Shown: one piece after another, positions 48,032 through 60,000 of the stretch
Layout: each line of letters opens with the position of its first letter
Numbering within the stretch: position 1 is the stretch's first letter
NCBI GenBank assembly: GCA_965140415.1
Contig: OZ223209.1
Coordinates: 293,974 to 357,973, forward strand
From: Myxococcota bacterium
Lineage (GTDB): Bacteria; Myxococcota_A; SURF-8
Reading direction: 5' to 3'
DNA: 64,000 bases
Made by a program: the position numbers and the translations under genes
Notes under the pieces: model-generated
Seen by the model: only the letters and a program-made list of their open reading frames with translations
The model's database searches: none
Told to the model about the DNA's origin: nothing

Positions 48032-48323
48032 GTGTTGGGGTTTTTCTACTCATCGCCGTCAATTTCCGTACAACCAATGCAATCCATGTCCAGCTATAAG
48101 TCAGGCAGATTTTACCCGACAAAAAACATATCGGACTACGACTGGGGTTGCTCAACCCATGATGATTTCACCTTGCTTAGAATTGGACAAAACCTGGTGA
48201 AAGGTGTAAGAATATAGGAACTTACGAAGCAGGCGGACGGATTCAATCGGTGGATGTTGTGGCAACAGTCCCAAGATACCTGGTGCGCCTGTGCATAGCC
48301 CGGAAATTCAAACGGAAACAACC

Positions 48324-50699
48324 ATGAACCAGACTGAAAACAAACGTGCGATCCTGCTGCCGTTCGTGGTATTCATCACCATTTCCCTGGTCTTTCTGGG
48401 GATCTGGGTGTCCTCTCGGCAACAGCAAAAGAATGTTCGGGAAAACCGCACTGCCCAGATTGCCGAACAGGTAGCGATCCGGCTGGAAACCTATTTCGAA
48501 ACTCGTTTCGATATTGTAGGCATGATGAAAGTCGAATGGGAGCAGGGCAGGCTTCATCAAAAAGATGAATTCCGCAAGCGCGCACTGTATATCCAGAAGC
48601 AATTCGAAGGGCTACTGGCCATCAACTGGATCGATCCCGAGGGGGTGATTCGCTGGGTGGTGCCGGAGGAAGAAAACCATTCCGCACTGAATCGTGATCT
48701 GAAACGCCATCCCGGTGGTGCCTCGAAAACATTCATGCTGGCTTATGAAAGCAGCCAATTTCAGGTTACGCCGCCCATCGATCTGTTGCAGGGCGGACGT
48801 GGTATTGCCGGGTATTTCCCTTTGTCTCTCCAAGGCAAACAGGACGGATACTTAAACGCTGTTTTCCGATTGAAACCTTTGGTGGAAAACTGCCTGTCGC
48901 GCGGTGTGTTGAAAAACTACGCCTTTGTTCTGCACGATGGTGCGCACAAGGTGTATCAGAACGGAACGGATGACGCTTTGGCCGGGAACATCATGCAATC
49001 CGCGCAAATGCTGACCGTCGGAAACCGGCAGTGGAGCCTGCAACTGATGCCCATGCCGGCGACTCTGGCTCGATACCAGACCAATATGCATCATTACTTT
49101 CTGGCCCTGGGTTTCGTGCTGGCTTTCGGGCTGGCCTATCTTACCCGGCGTCTGATTCTTCGCGAACAGGCCTTATCCGAAAGTGAGCATAAGTTCCGCG
49201 CGCTGGCCGACTCTACCAGCGCCGCGATTTTCATTTCCTATGACGATCACTATATCTATGCCAACCCAGCGGCCATTCGCCACACCGGGTACAGTTTCGA
49301 AGAGCTTTGCAAGATGAACCCGGAACAGATCCTGCACCCGGATAGCATGGCCTACATCATGCGCTTGCGTGAACGGGCAAGGCGGTTGAATGAAGCAATA
49401 CCTTCCCGGCTGGAGCTACGAGTGGTTACGGCGGATGAAAGTGAACGTACCGTAGAGGTGACTTACGGAAGCTTCGAGCTTGGCGGAGTTCCTGCCGTGA
49501 TTACCACCTCTTTCGACGTCACCGAGCGCAAACAGGCGGAACAGAAACTACGCGAGGAGGAGCATAAATACCGTACCATTTTCGAGACCAGCGGCAGCGC
49601 CATGGTGAGTCTGGATAAGGACGCCATCATTTTACTGGCCAATAAGGAATTCGAGAAACTGAGCGGATACACCCGGAAGGAAATCGAAGGCACGAACCTC
49701 TGGTCGAAGCTGCTCGATGCGGAAAGTCTGCAAAAACTGGAGAAACTCCGCAAACTGGACGATCTGGACGAGAAACTGACGACACATAGCCAGGAAATGG
49801 TTCTGATTAACCGCAACGGGAAAACCATCGATTGTCTCAGCCTGATCAACGTGGTTCCCGGTACCGATCAATGGGTCATGTCGTTTGTGGATATCAGCGA
49901 ACGTAAACAGGCCGAATTGCAGATGCTGCGCGCGGAGAAAATGGCGGCTTTGGGGCAGATTATCGCCGGTGTCGCGCACGAGATCAATAACCCCAACAAC
50001 TTTATCTATTTCAATCTTCCCATTCTCAAGCGCTATGTGGATGCCATCCGACCGATCCTCGATCGGGAGGCCGAGGAAGTAGAGCATCTGCGCATTTTGA
50101 ACATGTCCTACCATGCCTTTTTGGAGGATCTGTACAAGCTGATTGAAAACATGCAGGACGGCTCGGAGCGCATTACGGGAATCGTATCCGAATTGAAGAA
50201 TTATATCCGCAGTCACGAAGCGCAGGAGAAAAAGCCGGAGCCGATTGCGGCGATGGTCGATCGTGTCATGATCCTGGTGGGCAAGCAGGTTCGGAAAATG
50301 GTCAAGCATATGGAAATCGAACTCGATCCCGACCTGCCCAAGGTGCTGGTGCATTCGGGAAAAATCGAACAGGTGCTGATCAACCTGATCATCAATGCAG
50401 GCCAGGCGGCGAATAAAGCGGACAGTCGCGTGCGCGTGTCCGCCAATCGACACCCGCAAAACCGGAAAATCGTACAATTGCGTATACAGGACAACGGCTC
50501 GGGCATCGACAAAGAATTGCGCGAGAAGATCTTCGATCCCTTTTTTACCACCAAAAGCCGGGATTCAGGCACCGGACTGGGCCTGGCGATCAGTCAGCGT
50601 ATCATCGAAGAACATGACGGTCGCCTCTTTCTCGACGAAACGGAAGCGGAAACGACCTTTATTATTGAACTTCCCATGGCAGAAAGCGAATACGCATGA
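48324..50699 (+). CDS. Sensor histidine kinase with periplasmic sensor and PAS domains (NtrB-like partner)
   Basis: TM-periplasmic-TM N-terminus, PAS domains, HisKA ([16 protein letters not shown]) and HATPase ([23 protein letters not shown]). Start moved to ATG 48324. Confidence 0.8.
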   Translation: MNQTENKRAILLPFVVFITISLVFLGIWVSSRQQQKNVRENRTAQIAEQVAIRLETYFETRFDIVGMMKVEWEQGRLHQKDEFRKRALYIQKQFEGLLAINWIDPEGVIRWVVPEEENHSALNRDLKRHPGGASKTFMLAYESSQFQVTPPIDLLQGGRGIAGYFPLSLQGKQDGYLNAVFRLKPLVENCLSRGVLKNYAFVLHDGAHKVYQNGTDDALAGNIMQSAQMLTVGNRQWSLQLMPMPATLARYQTNMHHYFLALGFVLAFGLAYLTRRLILREQALSESEHKFRALADSTSAAIFISYDDHYIYANPAAIRHTGYSFEELCKMNPEQILHPDSMAYIMRLRERARRLNEAIPSRLELRVVTADESERTVEVTYGSFELGGVPAVITTSFDVTERKQAEQKLREEEHKYRTIFETSGSAMVSLDKDAIILLANKEFEKLSGYTRKEIEGTNLWSKLLDAESLQKLEKLRKLDDLDEKLTTHSQEMVLINRNGKTIDCLSLINVVPGTDQWVMSFVDISERKQAELQMLRAEKMAALGQIIAGVAHEINNPNNFIYFNLPILKRYVDAIRPILDREAEEVEHLRILNMSYHAFLEDLYKLIENMQDGSERITGIVSELKNYIRSHEAQEKKPEPIAAMVDRVMILVGKQVRKMVKHMEIELDPDLPKVLVHSGKIEQVLINLIINAGQAANKADSRVRVSANRHPQNRKIVQLRIQDNGSGIDKELREKIFDPFFTTKSRDSGTGLGLAISQRIIEEHDGRLFLDETEAETTFIIELPMAESEYA

Positions 50700-52057
50700 G
50701 AGCGTCTGTGTTGATTGTAGATGACGAACAGGCTTTTTTAGATAGTCTGGCGCGGATGCTGCGCATGGAAGGATACGAAAATCTCTGTATCCGTTCCGAT
50801 TCGACCCAGGTTCCGCAACTCATTGAAAAGCAGCGTTTCGATGTGGCTTTTCTGGATGTAACCATGCCCGAGCTAGATGGCATGGACCTGTTGAAAATCA
50901 TTAAAGAAAAACAACCCCAGACGGAATGCATCATGTTGACGGCGCAGGACAGCATCCAGACCGTCATGCAGGCCACACGCTTGGGTGCTTATGATTATCT
51001 GATAAAACCGATTCTGCCGGAGCGGGTGATTCACAGCCTGGAAAAAGCACTGGAACATCGACGTTTACTGGAATCGCTGCGCATGCGTTCGGAAACCGCA
51101 CAAGCGCAGACACTGAATCAACCTGAAGCCTTTCAAGCCATCGTGACCGGCAATTCGCGAATGCTGAAACTGCTGCACGAAGCGGAACTGCATGCCGCCA
51201 GCAGAATTCCGGTTCTGATTACCGGTGAAACCGGAGTCGGCAAGGAACTGTTGGCGCAGGCGGTGCATCGTTGCAGCCGGATGCGGCAGGGAGCCTTCGT
51301 TCCCGTAAATATGCTGGCGCTTTCGCCTACGTTATTCGAGTCGGAATTTTTCGGCCATGTCAAAGGTGCATTCACCGGCGCGGAGCGCAACAAAACGGGC
51401 TATCTTGCCTCTGCCGATCAGGGCAGCCTGTTCCTGGATGAAATCGGCGATTTGAGCCTGGAAATACAAGGCAAGCTGCTGCGTATTTTACAAGAGGGAG
51501 AATTCACTCCGGTCGGCAGCAGCCAATCCCGACCGGCAAACGTCCGCTTCATCGCCGCGACCAATCAGAATCTGGAAGAACAGGTCCGCAAACAGCTTTT
51601 CCGCAAGGATCTGTTTTATCGACTTCAATTCGCCCATTTGCATCTGCCTCCTTTGCGGGAGCGCCGCGACGATATTCCTCTTTTGTGCGCACACGCGCTG
51701 GAGCGGTTCGGCAAGGAAGACATGTGCCTTTCAGATGCCGCGCTACAGCGCTTGCAGCAGCACGACTGGCCCGGCAATGTGCGCGAATTGATGGGAATTC
51801 TGGAGGCGGCGGTCAACCTGGCCGAGCAGGGAGAAATTCTTCCATCTCACTTGCGGTTACCAAAATCTTCCAGCCCAAAACCTTTGCCTGCCAATCCGTT
51901 GGCAATGGATGAGCTGCAACCGCTGGAAGACATCGAACGGGAGCATATTCTACGTGTTTACAATGCGTTGGATCACAATAAAAGCCAAACTGCGCGCGCC
52001 TTGGGCATCGGTCTGCAAACCCTGCATCGAAAACTGAAAAGTTACGAAGTTTCCTGA
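50696..52057 (+). CDS. Sigma-54-dependent response regulator (NtrC family)
   Basis: Receiver (VLIVDDEQ...VAFLDVTMP), AAA+ sigma-54 activator core (VLITGETGVGKELLA, GAFTGA) and C-terminal HTH; ATG overlaps the kinase stop. Confidence 0.85.
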   Translation: MRASVLIVDDEQAFLDSLARMLRMEGYENLCIRSDSTQVPQLIEKQRFDVAFLDVTMPELDGMDLLKIIKEKQPQTECIMLTAQDSIQTVMQATRLGAYDYLIKPILPERVIHSLEKALEHRRLLESLRMRSETAQAQTLNQPEAFQAIVTGNSRMLKLLHEAELHAASRIPVLITGETGVGKELLAQAVHRCSRMRQGAFVPVNMLALSPTLFESEFFGHVKGAFTGAERNKTGYLASADQGSLFLDEIGDLSLEIQGKLLRILQEGEFTPVGSSQSRPANVRFIAATNQNLEEQVRKQLFRKDLFYRLQFAHLHLPPLRERRDDIPLLCAHALERFGKEDMCLSDAALQRLQQHDWPGNVRELMGILEAAVNLAEQGEILPSHLRLPKSSSPKPLPANPLAMDELQPLEDIEREHILRVYNALDHNKSQTARALGIGLQTLHRKLKSYEVS

Positions 52058-52257
52058 ATCCACCTGAATGGGAATTTGTCTGATTATTCTGGACTATACC
52101 ATTTTGGTACAATTCCAAAGTTCAGCTCTGATATTATGAACTTATCCTCGTGGTGTACCATTTTGAGATAGTTGAATCTCTCCGTAAGAACTAACCGTCT
52201 TTTGTTAAAATTTCGCAACAACATGAAAATACACAAGATTGTCTGCGACCAAAGAGT

Positions 52258-52273
52258 TGGTATGTGCCTTGCA
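52258..52273 (+). promoter_or_regulatory. Candidate sigma-54 (-24/-12) promoter
   Basis: TGGTAT-GTGCC-TTGCA with exact GG-N10-GC spacing (GG 52259-52260, GC 52271-52272); upstream of the orphan receiver and downstream of the NtrC-type regulator. Confidence 0.45.
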
Positions 52274-52352
52274 AATACTATTTGCGAAGTTAACATGGTT
52301 GGCGGAAAAAAGTATGTTTATTGAAACGCAACAAACGGAAGTTTTTCATAAA

Positions 52353-52757
52353 ATGGCAGATAAGAAAATCACTGTACTGCTAGTGGATGACGAGCCAGTG
52401 CAGGTTGAGAGCATCTGTCGAGGCTTGTTCATGTATCAGTACGAGTGGCAAACCGCAAGTAATGCAAAAGATGCCATGGAAATCCTGCAAGGACCGCAAG
52501 GAGTGAATATCGATTTACTTTTAACGGACTTGACGATGCCGGGTCGTAGCGGCCTGGAATTGATTCAGCAAGCACGCACGCTCTTTCCCTCGCTGAAAGT
52601 CATGATCATCAGCGGACTGGGACTGACCCCGGCAATTTTGCAGGTAGCCGAGCAAGGCATTCCGATTCTAGAAAAACCTTTCAGCCCGGATAAGCTGGAC
52701 CAGCGCATTCGCAACCTGGTTTTCTCTTCCGAGGCCATCACAGGAAAGGAACAATAA
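52353..52757 (+). CDS. Single-domain response regulator (CheY-like receiver)
   Basis: MADKKITVLLVDDEP...LLLTDLTMPGRSG...KPF receiver motifs. Start at 52353 preferred over the listed 52239; 52314 is an alternative. Confidence 0.7.
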   Translation: MADKKITVLLVDDEPVQVESICRGLFMYQYEWQTASNAKDAMEILQGPQGVNIDLLLTDLTMPGRSGLELIQQARTLFPSLKVMIISGLGLTPAILQVAEQGIPILEKPFSPDKLDQRIRNLVFSSEAITGKEQ

Positions 52758-52832
52758 GAGTTTTCCCACCACAATTACCCAATCCCCAAGTAGTATTTCC
52801 CAAAGCCCCCATCCCCTATCCCCACTATTTGT

Positions 52833-52858
52833 CCGGAGGAGGCGCAAGCCTCCTCCGG
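52833..52858 (+). terminator. Strong hairpin between convergent genes (bidirectional terminator candidate)
   Basis: Perfect 11-bp stem CCGGAGGAGGC/GCCTCCTCCGG with GCAA loop, between the receiver gene end (52757) and the cysK end (52890); weak U-tract. Confidence 0.5.
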
Positions 52859-52889
52859 GAAGCCTACCTTTATGGGATAGCTATTAACG

Positions 52890-53819
52890 TTATTGCTGGT
52901 TGAACAAGGGAGTGGAAAGATAGCGCTCGCCGTTACTTGGAATGATAACGACGATCAGCTTGCCTTTCATGTCCGAGCGCTGCGCCAGCTTCAACGCGGC
53001 GGTGACGTTGGCTCCCGAACTGATGCCCGCCAGAATGCCCTCTTCCTTGGCCAGGCGCCGCGACATTTCGAAGGCTTCGTCATTGGTTACGGTAACGATT
53101 TCGTCCACCAGATCCATTTGCAGCACGTCCGGAACGAATCCTGCACCGATTCCTTGGATTTTGTGCGGTCCCGGCGTTCCGCCCGACAAAACGGGAGAAT
53201 CCGTCGGTTCTACGGCAACAGCCAGCAAACCGGGTTTGCGTTCCTTCAATACCTGGCTCAATCCGGTAATCGTGCCGCCGGTACCCACTCCGGCTACAAC
53301 GACATCCACCTGGCCATCGGTGTCTTCCCAGATTTCTTCGGCGGTAGTGAGGCGATGCGCTTCCGGGTTGGCGGGATTCGCGAATTGCTGCGGCATGAAA
53401 TACTTTCCGGGATCTTTGGCTGCAATCTCCTCGGCTTTGGCAATCGCGCCCTTCATGCCTTCGCCACCCGGTGTCAGGATGATTTCCGCCCCATAGGCCT
53501 TGAGCAGTAAGCGTCGTTCCTGGGACATCGTCTCGGGCATGGTAAGAATGCAACTGTAGCCCTTGGCGGCGGCAACGAAGGCCAGTGCGATACCGGTGTT
53601 TCCAGAAGTCGGTTCGACGATGGTCATCCCGGCTTGCAGGCGACCATCGGCTTCTGCGGCGGCAATCATGTTGCTGCCGATACGATCCTTTACACTGCCT
53701 GCCGGATTGTAATATTCCAGTTTAGCCACGATTTTGGCTCCGGCATTATAGGTGATCCGATTCAGTTTCACCAGCGGCGTATGGCCGACTAACTCCACGA
53801 CATTGTCATATATTTTCAT
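52890..53819 (-). CDS. cysK: Cysteine synthase A (O-acetylserine sulfhydrylase)
   Basis: ATG at 53819 with AGAGGAA SD; PLP-lysine block [10 protein letters not shown] and [10 protein letters not shown] signature; ~310 aa. Confidence 0.9.
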   Translation of the reverse strand: MKIYDNVVELVGHTPLVKLNRITYNAGAKIVAKLEYYNPAGSVKDRIGSNMIAAAEADGRLQAGMTIVEPTSGNTGIALAFVAAAKGYSCILTMPETMSQERRLLLKAYGAEIILTPGGEGMKGAIAKAEEIAAKDPGKYFMPQQFANPANPEAHRLTTAEEIWEDTDGQVDVVVAGVGTGGTITGLSQVLKERKPGLLAVAVEPTDSPVLSGGTPGPHKIQGIGAGFVPDVLQMDLVDEIVTVTNDEAFEMSRRLAKEEGILAGISSGANVTAALKLAQRSDMKGKLIVVIIPSNGERYLSTPLFNQQ

Positions 53820-53896
53820 AACGGTTCCTCTTTGTTTGACTGTGGTTGCTTTTCCCACATGCAAATCGTAGCGATACGATTCAAGACAGTTTTCAC

Positions 53897-54346
53897 TTAG
53901 ATGTAATACATGTTTTCCTGGCTGTTTTGAGCGTGTAGCTCAAGCTGTCGATTGGCTACATCGGCCAAGCTGCGATTTTCGAGAATGTTGCTGATGGCGT
54001 CGTGAACTTCGTCCCACAATTCATGTGTCGCGCAGCGCCGCACAAGACGACAGGGATGGTTGTCATGGCTACACTCCACCGGGGCAAGCGACCCTTCCAG
54101 TGCCTGCAAAATGGTGGAAATATAAACTTCCTCCGGAGGGTTGCTCAATCGATAGCCGCCACGCGCACCACGCACACCCAGCACCAATCCGGCAGCCCGT
54201 AGCGGTGTTACCAATTGTTCCAGATACTTAAGCGATACCATTTGCCGACGGGCGACATCTTTAAGCAGCACCGAACCTTCGTTGTAATGAATTGCCAGAT
54301 CCACCATAGCACGTAGACCGTATCGACCGCGAGTTGAGAGCTTCAT
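53897..54346 (-). CDS. Rrf2-family transcriptional regulator (CymR/IscR-like)
   Basis: N-terminal [18 protein letters not shown] and [11 protein letters not shown] winged-helix signature; directly upstream of cysK. Confidence 0.8.
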   Translation of the reverse strand: MKLSTRGRYGLRAMVDLAIHYNEGSVLLKDVARRQMVSLKYLEQLVTPLRAAGLVLGVRGARGGYRLSNPPEEVYISTILQALEGSLAPVECSHDNHPCRLVRRCATHELWDEVHDAISNILENRSLADVANRQLELHAQNSQENMYYI

Positions 54347-54708
54347 GTTTCCGCCTCCGAAGATGAATTCCTATTATTCATATCAGATAACCAATGAGAC
54401 GAAAAGGTATCTTGTATTATTCCCACTGTCAACCAAATAATACGATTATTATTAAATAATAGTATGAAATAAATATGTGTTGTTATTACATCGGAATATC
54501 AGAATTTGACAACATGTCAGTATTCCTTGGTGTTTTCATATAGCTATCTGAATGTAGCCGGAATATAGGTATCTGATATTCGGGATACCCTTTTGTTGTC
54601 TCTATCGTATCGTAAAACCCACCGTATCGCTAGGTGAAGCACGGGTGCTGGTTAGGCCGATCCAACGAAGCGCATCACAAATAGTACGATTGCTTTTGAA
54701 AGCGGGTG

Positions 54709-54786
54709 CCAGGGGCAAAGCGAAGAGAAACGAAGCTTGCCCATGTGGCTTTCGAACACGGGCAAGCCTGCGGCTTGGCCCGCGCT
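54709..54786 (+). repeat. REP-like ~80-bp hairpin repeat, copy D
   Basis: Perfect 8-bp stem GCTTGCCC/GGGCAAGC around ATGTGGCTTTCGAACAC; aligns with copies A-C; lies in the AT-rich divergent region between the Rrf2 gene and the oxidoreductase gene. Confidence 0.6.
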
Positions 54787-54911
54787 ACCCAAAGTTAAGA
54801 AGCGGTTGAAAGATTTTGTACTGCACCCCAGACCGCAGGTTGTGCTTGCGTTGATGACACACTGTGTTAAAATCGGCATTGGATTGAATTGAAACAGGAT
54901 GCGAGGCGGGT

Positions 54912-56816
54912 ATGACAAAGCTCCAGTTTACCGAGCAACAGCGGGATATTCTTTACCATTTGGGACAATGCATCATCATTCCCGGTAGGGTCTTTCCACC
55001 CTTCTCCCGCGATGTCGTCACACGCATCGAGTCTTATTTACAACAGACCCCGCCACATGTGCTGCGTATGTATGCCAACTTCCTGATGCTGCTCGAACGA
55101 GGCGCATGGACGCGCTATTTCAAACCGATGAGCCGCCTGAATTCCAAACAGCGACACGACTATGTCACTTCCTGGCAGCAGGGATCGGTTGCCAAGCGTA
55201 CGATAATGAAAGCACTTGTAGCGCCCATCAAAGTCAACTACTACGACGATCCCGGCCTGTTCGAACAACTGGGCTTGCAATACGGAAAGCCGCCGGTGAA
55301 GGTGGAAACCGATCGCTGGCAGGAACGGATTACGGCTGGCAAGGATATCCACGAAGATCTGCAACTTGAATGCGAAGTCGTGGTTGTAGGCAGTGGTGCC
55401 GGGGGTGCGGTTGTTGCCGCCGAACTGGCGGAAAAAGGCGACGCCGTGATTCTCGTCGAGCGCGGCGATTACTTCGACCGCTCGCATTTCAGTGGCCGCC
55501 CCTTCGCCATGATGCGCGACTTGTACGTGCAGCAGGGACTATTGGGAACGGTGGGAAACGCCTACATTCTGGCTCCGGCGGGCAGAACCGTAGGCGGCAC
55601 CACAACCGTCAACTCGGGTACCTGCCTGCGTCCTCCGCGTCGCACCTTGCGCCGCTGGCGCGAAGAATACGGCTTGACGGAATACGCTCCCGATAAACTG
55701 GAAGCATATTTTCGCTCGGTGGAATCGATTTACCAGGTCGCGCCCGCCAAAGCCGAGCAGATCGGCAAAAACGGCGAGATCATCGCTCGCGGCGCGCAAC
55801 GGCTCGGTTATCGCCACGGACCGCTTCCGCGCAACGCCCCCGACTGCGACGGCCAGGGCGTTTGCCCATTCGGTTGTCCGACCGACGCCAAACGCTCCAC
55901 CAACGTCAGTTACGTGCCGCGCGCCTTAAAGCAGGGCGCATCGCTGCTAACGGGCGTGGAAGTCAATGAAATTATAATCAAAAACGGCCAACCCACCGGC
56001 ATTCGCGGCTTCTGTTGTTCCTCCGGAAGGCAGGTGACGATTAACGCCAAGATCGTCGTACTGGCGCTGGGTGCCTATTTCACTCCGCTGTTATTGATGA
56101 AACAGAAGCTGGGGAATAGTTCGGGGCAACTCGGGCGCAACCTGTCGATTCATCCCAGCACCGGTGTCGGGGCGCTGATGGCCGAACGCCTCAACGCCAG
56201 CAACTGTATCCCCCAGGGATACATGGTGGATGAATTCGAAGAAGAAGGCATCATGTTCGAAGGCAGCCACATGCCCATGGATCTGGCCAGCCTGATCTAC
56301 CCCGGCTTCGGTTCTCCGTTGCAACAGACTATGGAGGCCTACGAGCGGCTCTCCCTGTTCGGCCTGATGATCGAAGACAGCACCCGTGGCGTGATCCGTC
56401 CCCGAAAAGACGGATTGCCCTTGATCCGCTACATGATGAATCGAAACGACGTCGCGCTGATGCAGCGCGGAATCGGCATCCTGTGCCGCATCTATCTGGA
56501 AGCCGGAGCCTTGCAGGTCGTTGCACCGGTGCACGGCTGGAAAACGATTCGCTCCGCCTCCGATCTGGAAGCCAATTTAAGCCGAAAGCTGCATGCCTGG
56601 GATCTGGATATGAGCGCCTATCATCCCCTGGGTAGCTGCCACATGGGAGGGGATCGCACCAACTATGTTTGCAGTCCCGATGGCGAACTGTACGACATGC
56701 CCAATGTTTTCGTTTGCGATGGCTCGGCCATCCCACCCGCCTTGGGAGTCAACCCGATGATCACCATTTCGGCAGTCGCCGCCCGAAACGCCGAGGTCAT
56801 TCATTCTCGGTTGTAG
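54912..56816 (+). CDS. GMC-family FAD-dependent oxidoreductase
   Basis: FAD-binding VVVVGSGAGGAVVAAELAEKGDAVILVERG and a C-terminal GMC-type region; ~634 aa. Confidence 0.75.
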   Translation: MTKLQFTEQQRDILYHLGQCIIIPGRVFPPFSRDVVTRIESYLQQTPPHVLRMYANFLMLLERGAWTRYFKPMSRLNSKQRHDYVTSWQQGSVAKRTIMKALVAPIKVNYYDDPGLFEQLGLQYGKPPVKVETDRWQERITAGKDIHEDLQLECEVVVVGSGAGGAVVAAELAEKGDAVILVERGDYFDRSHFSGRPFAMMRDLYVQQGLLGTVGNAYILAPAGRTVGGTTTVNSGTCLRPPRRTLRRWREEYGLTEYAPDKLEAYFRSVESIYQVAPAKAEQIGKNGEIIARGAQRLGYRHGPLPRNAPDCDGQGVCPFGCPTDAKRSTNVSYVPRALKQGASLLTGVEVNEIIIKNGQPTGIRGFCCSSGRQVTINAKIVVLALGAYFTPLLLMKQKLGNSSGQLGRNLSIHPSTGVGALMAERLNASNCIPQGYMVDEFEEEGIMFEGSHMPMDLASLIYPGFGSPLQQTMEAYERLSLFGLMIEDSTRGVIRPRKDGLPLIRYMMNRNDVALMQRGIGILCRIYLEAGALQVVAPVHGWKTIRSASDLEANLSRKLHAWDLDMSAYHPLGSCHMGGDRTNYVCSPDGELYDMPNVFVCDGSAIPPALGVNPMITISAVAARNAEVIHSRL

Positions 56817-56851
56817 GGGGTGGAGAGAGCAAAAGGAAAATGTTCCCCGTT

Positions 56852-56888
56852 GGAGCATGGCTCCCGTCATGCTCCTGACGTTTGTTTT
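56852..56888 (+). terminator. Rho-independent terminator (possibly bidirectional)
   Basis: Stem GGAGCATG/CATGCTCC with 8-nt loop, followed by TGACGTTTGTTTTC; 36 nt after the oxidoreductase stop. Confidence 0.55.
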
Positions 56889-57015
56889 CATGGTCGGGAC
56901 AGGAGCCCCGACCGGAAACCTGTGGTTCAAGACAGGAGCCTTGAACCATCCACAAAGCATGGCAAATGCCCATCCTACAAGATATAAGCAGCGAGACATC
57001 AACCCGCCGTACTGC

Positions 57016-60000
57016 TTACTGGCAGTAACTCTTTTCCGGATAGGCCGCGCAGCAATGCGCCTGCACGTCGAAAGCGGTCACGTCTTCCCATAAGCCCAGG
57101 TTGTAGAAGTAGTCGCACAGATGCTCGGAACGGCAATAGGGCACAAAGCTTTCATCCGTCTCGGCACGGGTGTGCATCGGGGGTGGTGTGAAACCCGGTT
57201 CTCCATCCAGTTCGATGAAAATCGGATTGCTTACGGCGAACGATGGCGTCCAGGGATAGGTCGGATACAGATCCTCCATGGCGTCGCCAAAAGCGAAGAC
57301 CACCGCGTAGGCGTCGTGGCCGTTGGTGCGGCTGACGTTGGTAGCAAAGCTGCGATTCATGCGCACCGGAGCGGAAACGCTGCCGGGAACCATGTGGTTA
57401 CTGTCCATCGGGTAGCCGTTGATGCAGACATAGATGTGATTGACTTTGACGTAAGGCGGCGCCTGTACCTTGACGTTGAACTCCAGGCGCACCGAATTTT
57501 CCGTACCCGGCGGCGTGTAGGTGTCGCCCGGCAAGGCATTGCCTAAACGCATGGTGACGGTGGGACCGGTGGTCACGATGTTATGTCCCTGCCCCAGACG
57601 CAGAATCTGATCGAGGGCTGAATTGGGCGAAAGCGTTTCCTGATCCGAAATCACCAAGTTGATCGGTGAGCCGATGTGCCGGAAGTCTTCTTTGGAAGCG
57701 GCTTGCAGCTCGCTATTGGCAGTGATCGGTTTGTAGTAGCCCTGATGCAATAAAGAGAGCCAATCCTGAATGGCCGCATACGTATAAGCAAAGGGCTCCT
57801 CGCCGTTGATCACCTCCATGGTGTCCCAGTTTTCCATTTGGCTGCGCACCAGAAACTGCAAGGAATCGATGCCCTCGAAAGGATCGTAACCTTCCGATTT
57901 TCCAAACACATCGAAAAAGGCTGGAGCGTCTTCCACGCCGCGCGGACGGCTGATCTGTACGAAGCTTGCGCCGTAGTTTTCTTTCAACTGCTGCCAGATT
58001 TCTCCCGGCGGCTGCAAGCCGGCATACGTGCCGTTTTCCTGATCGTAGGCCGTAGACCAGACCCCGGTATATTCCGGGCTATCCTGCGGTTTCAGTACAT
58101 TTACGCCAAGATATTGGCCGTTATTGGAAGTGATCTGCATGCCCGGTACCCAATGCACTGGATGCGCACCGCCGCTGGCCCCGGTTTCGGAAAGCGCCTC
58201 GGTATAGTCGCCGATGGTCTCCGCGTCGGAGCCGACAAACACTTCCACGCCCTCTGCGCGCAGGTTGTTCACGCGCTCGGTTTTCGTCATATCCGAATAA
58301 AGCGAAGCGTTACTGTGAATGTTCAGATCCGCCGTATGCAGGTACATGCCCGCTTCGCCGGGCGGCATTTCGATCGTGGGATCGACGATGCGGCGTAACA
58401 CGACGTTTCGTGGTCCCTGCTTTTCGCCATCGCCCAGATACGCGCGATAGGTGTGCTGCTCCGCGCAGACCGAATAATGGATGCCGCAGGAAACCACTAC
58501 CGAATACTGGCTGTTGACGGCCCCTCCCAACGGCAGACGCACCTGAATTTCTCCCGGCGTTTCGGTGGTAAAGACCGTTCGTTCAATCGGAATGTTGCCC
58601 GGCATGGAGCCGGTCGGACCGAAGTCCAGTAAACCATGATAAAAGTCCACCCGCGCTCCCAGCGGGAAAGTGCCTTCGTCGCGCTCTTCATTCACCGAAA
58701 TGGTTACGACCGCGCCACGCGGCGGAGCGGGAACTTCCAGCCCCTGCAAGGATTCTTCCTCTACCACCGTGACGTCCAGTGCATCGGAACGTTCGCCCCA
58801 AGGAGCGACAGTAACCAGGTGCCAGTCTCCGGCGGGCAACTGCAATTCGAATGCGCCCTGCGCGTCGAGGTAGCTGCTGGCGTGGATGTAGTCGTGATAT
58901 TTCGGGTTTTCCGCGCTGCCGCCGATTTTTCGCGTTTCGATGGCGATGATTTCCACTTCCTGCGCCTGTAAATCCACACGGTCGCTGAAATCCACCGTCC
59001 CAGAAACCGAGCTTGTTGCAACAACTTTGTTCGGAAGGCTTTCTTCCCGGAAAGCCTGCATATCGGCAAAGACCTGTTCCGCCGGACCTTCGCTGATCAT
59101 GAATACCAGCGATTGCGTGTTGGGGGCGATCTCGGTAACGGCAAAGTCTTGATATCCAAGGATAAATGCCGGTTTGGGCAGCAGCATCATGGAGAACAGG
59201 TTTTTGGCTTCACCGGAAGTGACCGCATAGGAAAAGTCCGATTTGCTGAAGGCGTAATAGGGATGATAGTAGCCCTGGAAACTGCGTCCGCCATCGAAAA
59301 TGGCGATGCCGTCCGTATCCTGGCCCGGATAAAAGGGAGTCAGGCTCGAATCGGTCATGACGCCCAACCCGGGACGCACGTATTCCAGTGTCAGATCCAC
59401 CGGGTCGATATCGATTTCTGCGGTTTCCGTACCCGCCTCTTCCATATCCAGATCGCCATCGGCGTCCTGCGGCTGCTGATAGATGGAAACCGTCATGTCC
59501 ATGCGTAGGTAGGTGGCATCGGCATCCAGGTAATAATCCACGGTTAATGCCACCTTGGGATTGATGGGCGCGGCGAGCATGTTGTCTACCTGCTGAATCG
59601 GCCAGTCGATGCCGCTGGCGCGCACGTGTGCCGGGAAACCGCCCGAACCATTGTGAATCAGTTCGATTTTATCGGCGCGGAACATATGGATATTGCCGTC
59701 GTAGGGGAGCACGTCGGTATTGGAGCTGATCACCGGGAAAGCGTCGAACAGCAGGTCTTCGGTGCGCGTATCGCCGTTACTGTCGAGCAGCACCGCGTCC
59801 AACAACGAACCGCCGGTCAAATTGAAACCGCGACCAGGCCCGGCTGCGGCGATGACGAAGGCTGCCTTGCTGTTATACAGTTTGAAATCGCCCACCTGCC
59901 CCTGGCCATCGGAGGCCGGAAGCTGGCTGCGTTCGCCCACCACACCCGCACGGACTTCGCCGTCCTCCAGTGCGTCGCCGACATTCAAAGGCGTGGTGTC

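Noticed and set aside
48268-48285. Sigma-54-like motif TGGTGC-N5-TGCAT upstream of the histidine kinase gene
   Set aside because: GG to GC spacing is one nucleotide short and the -12 element is imperfect.
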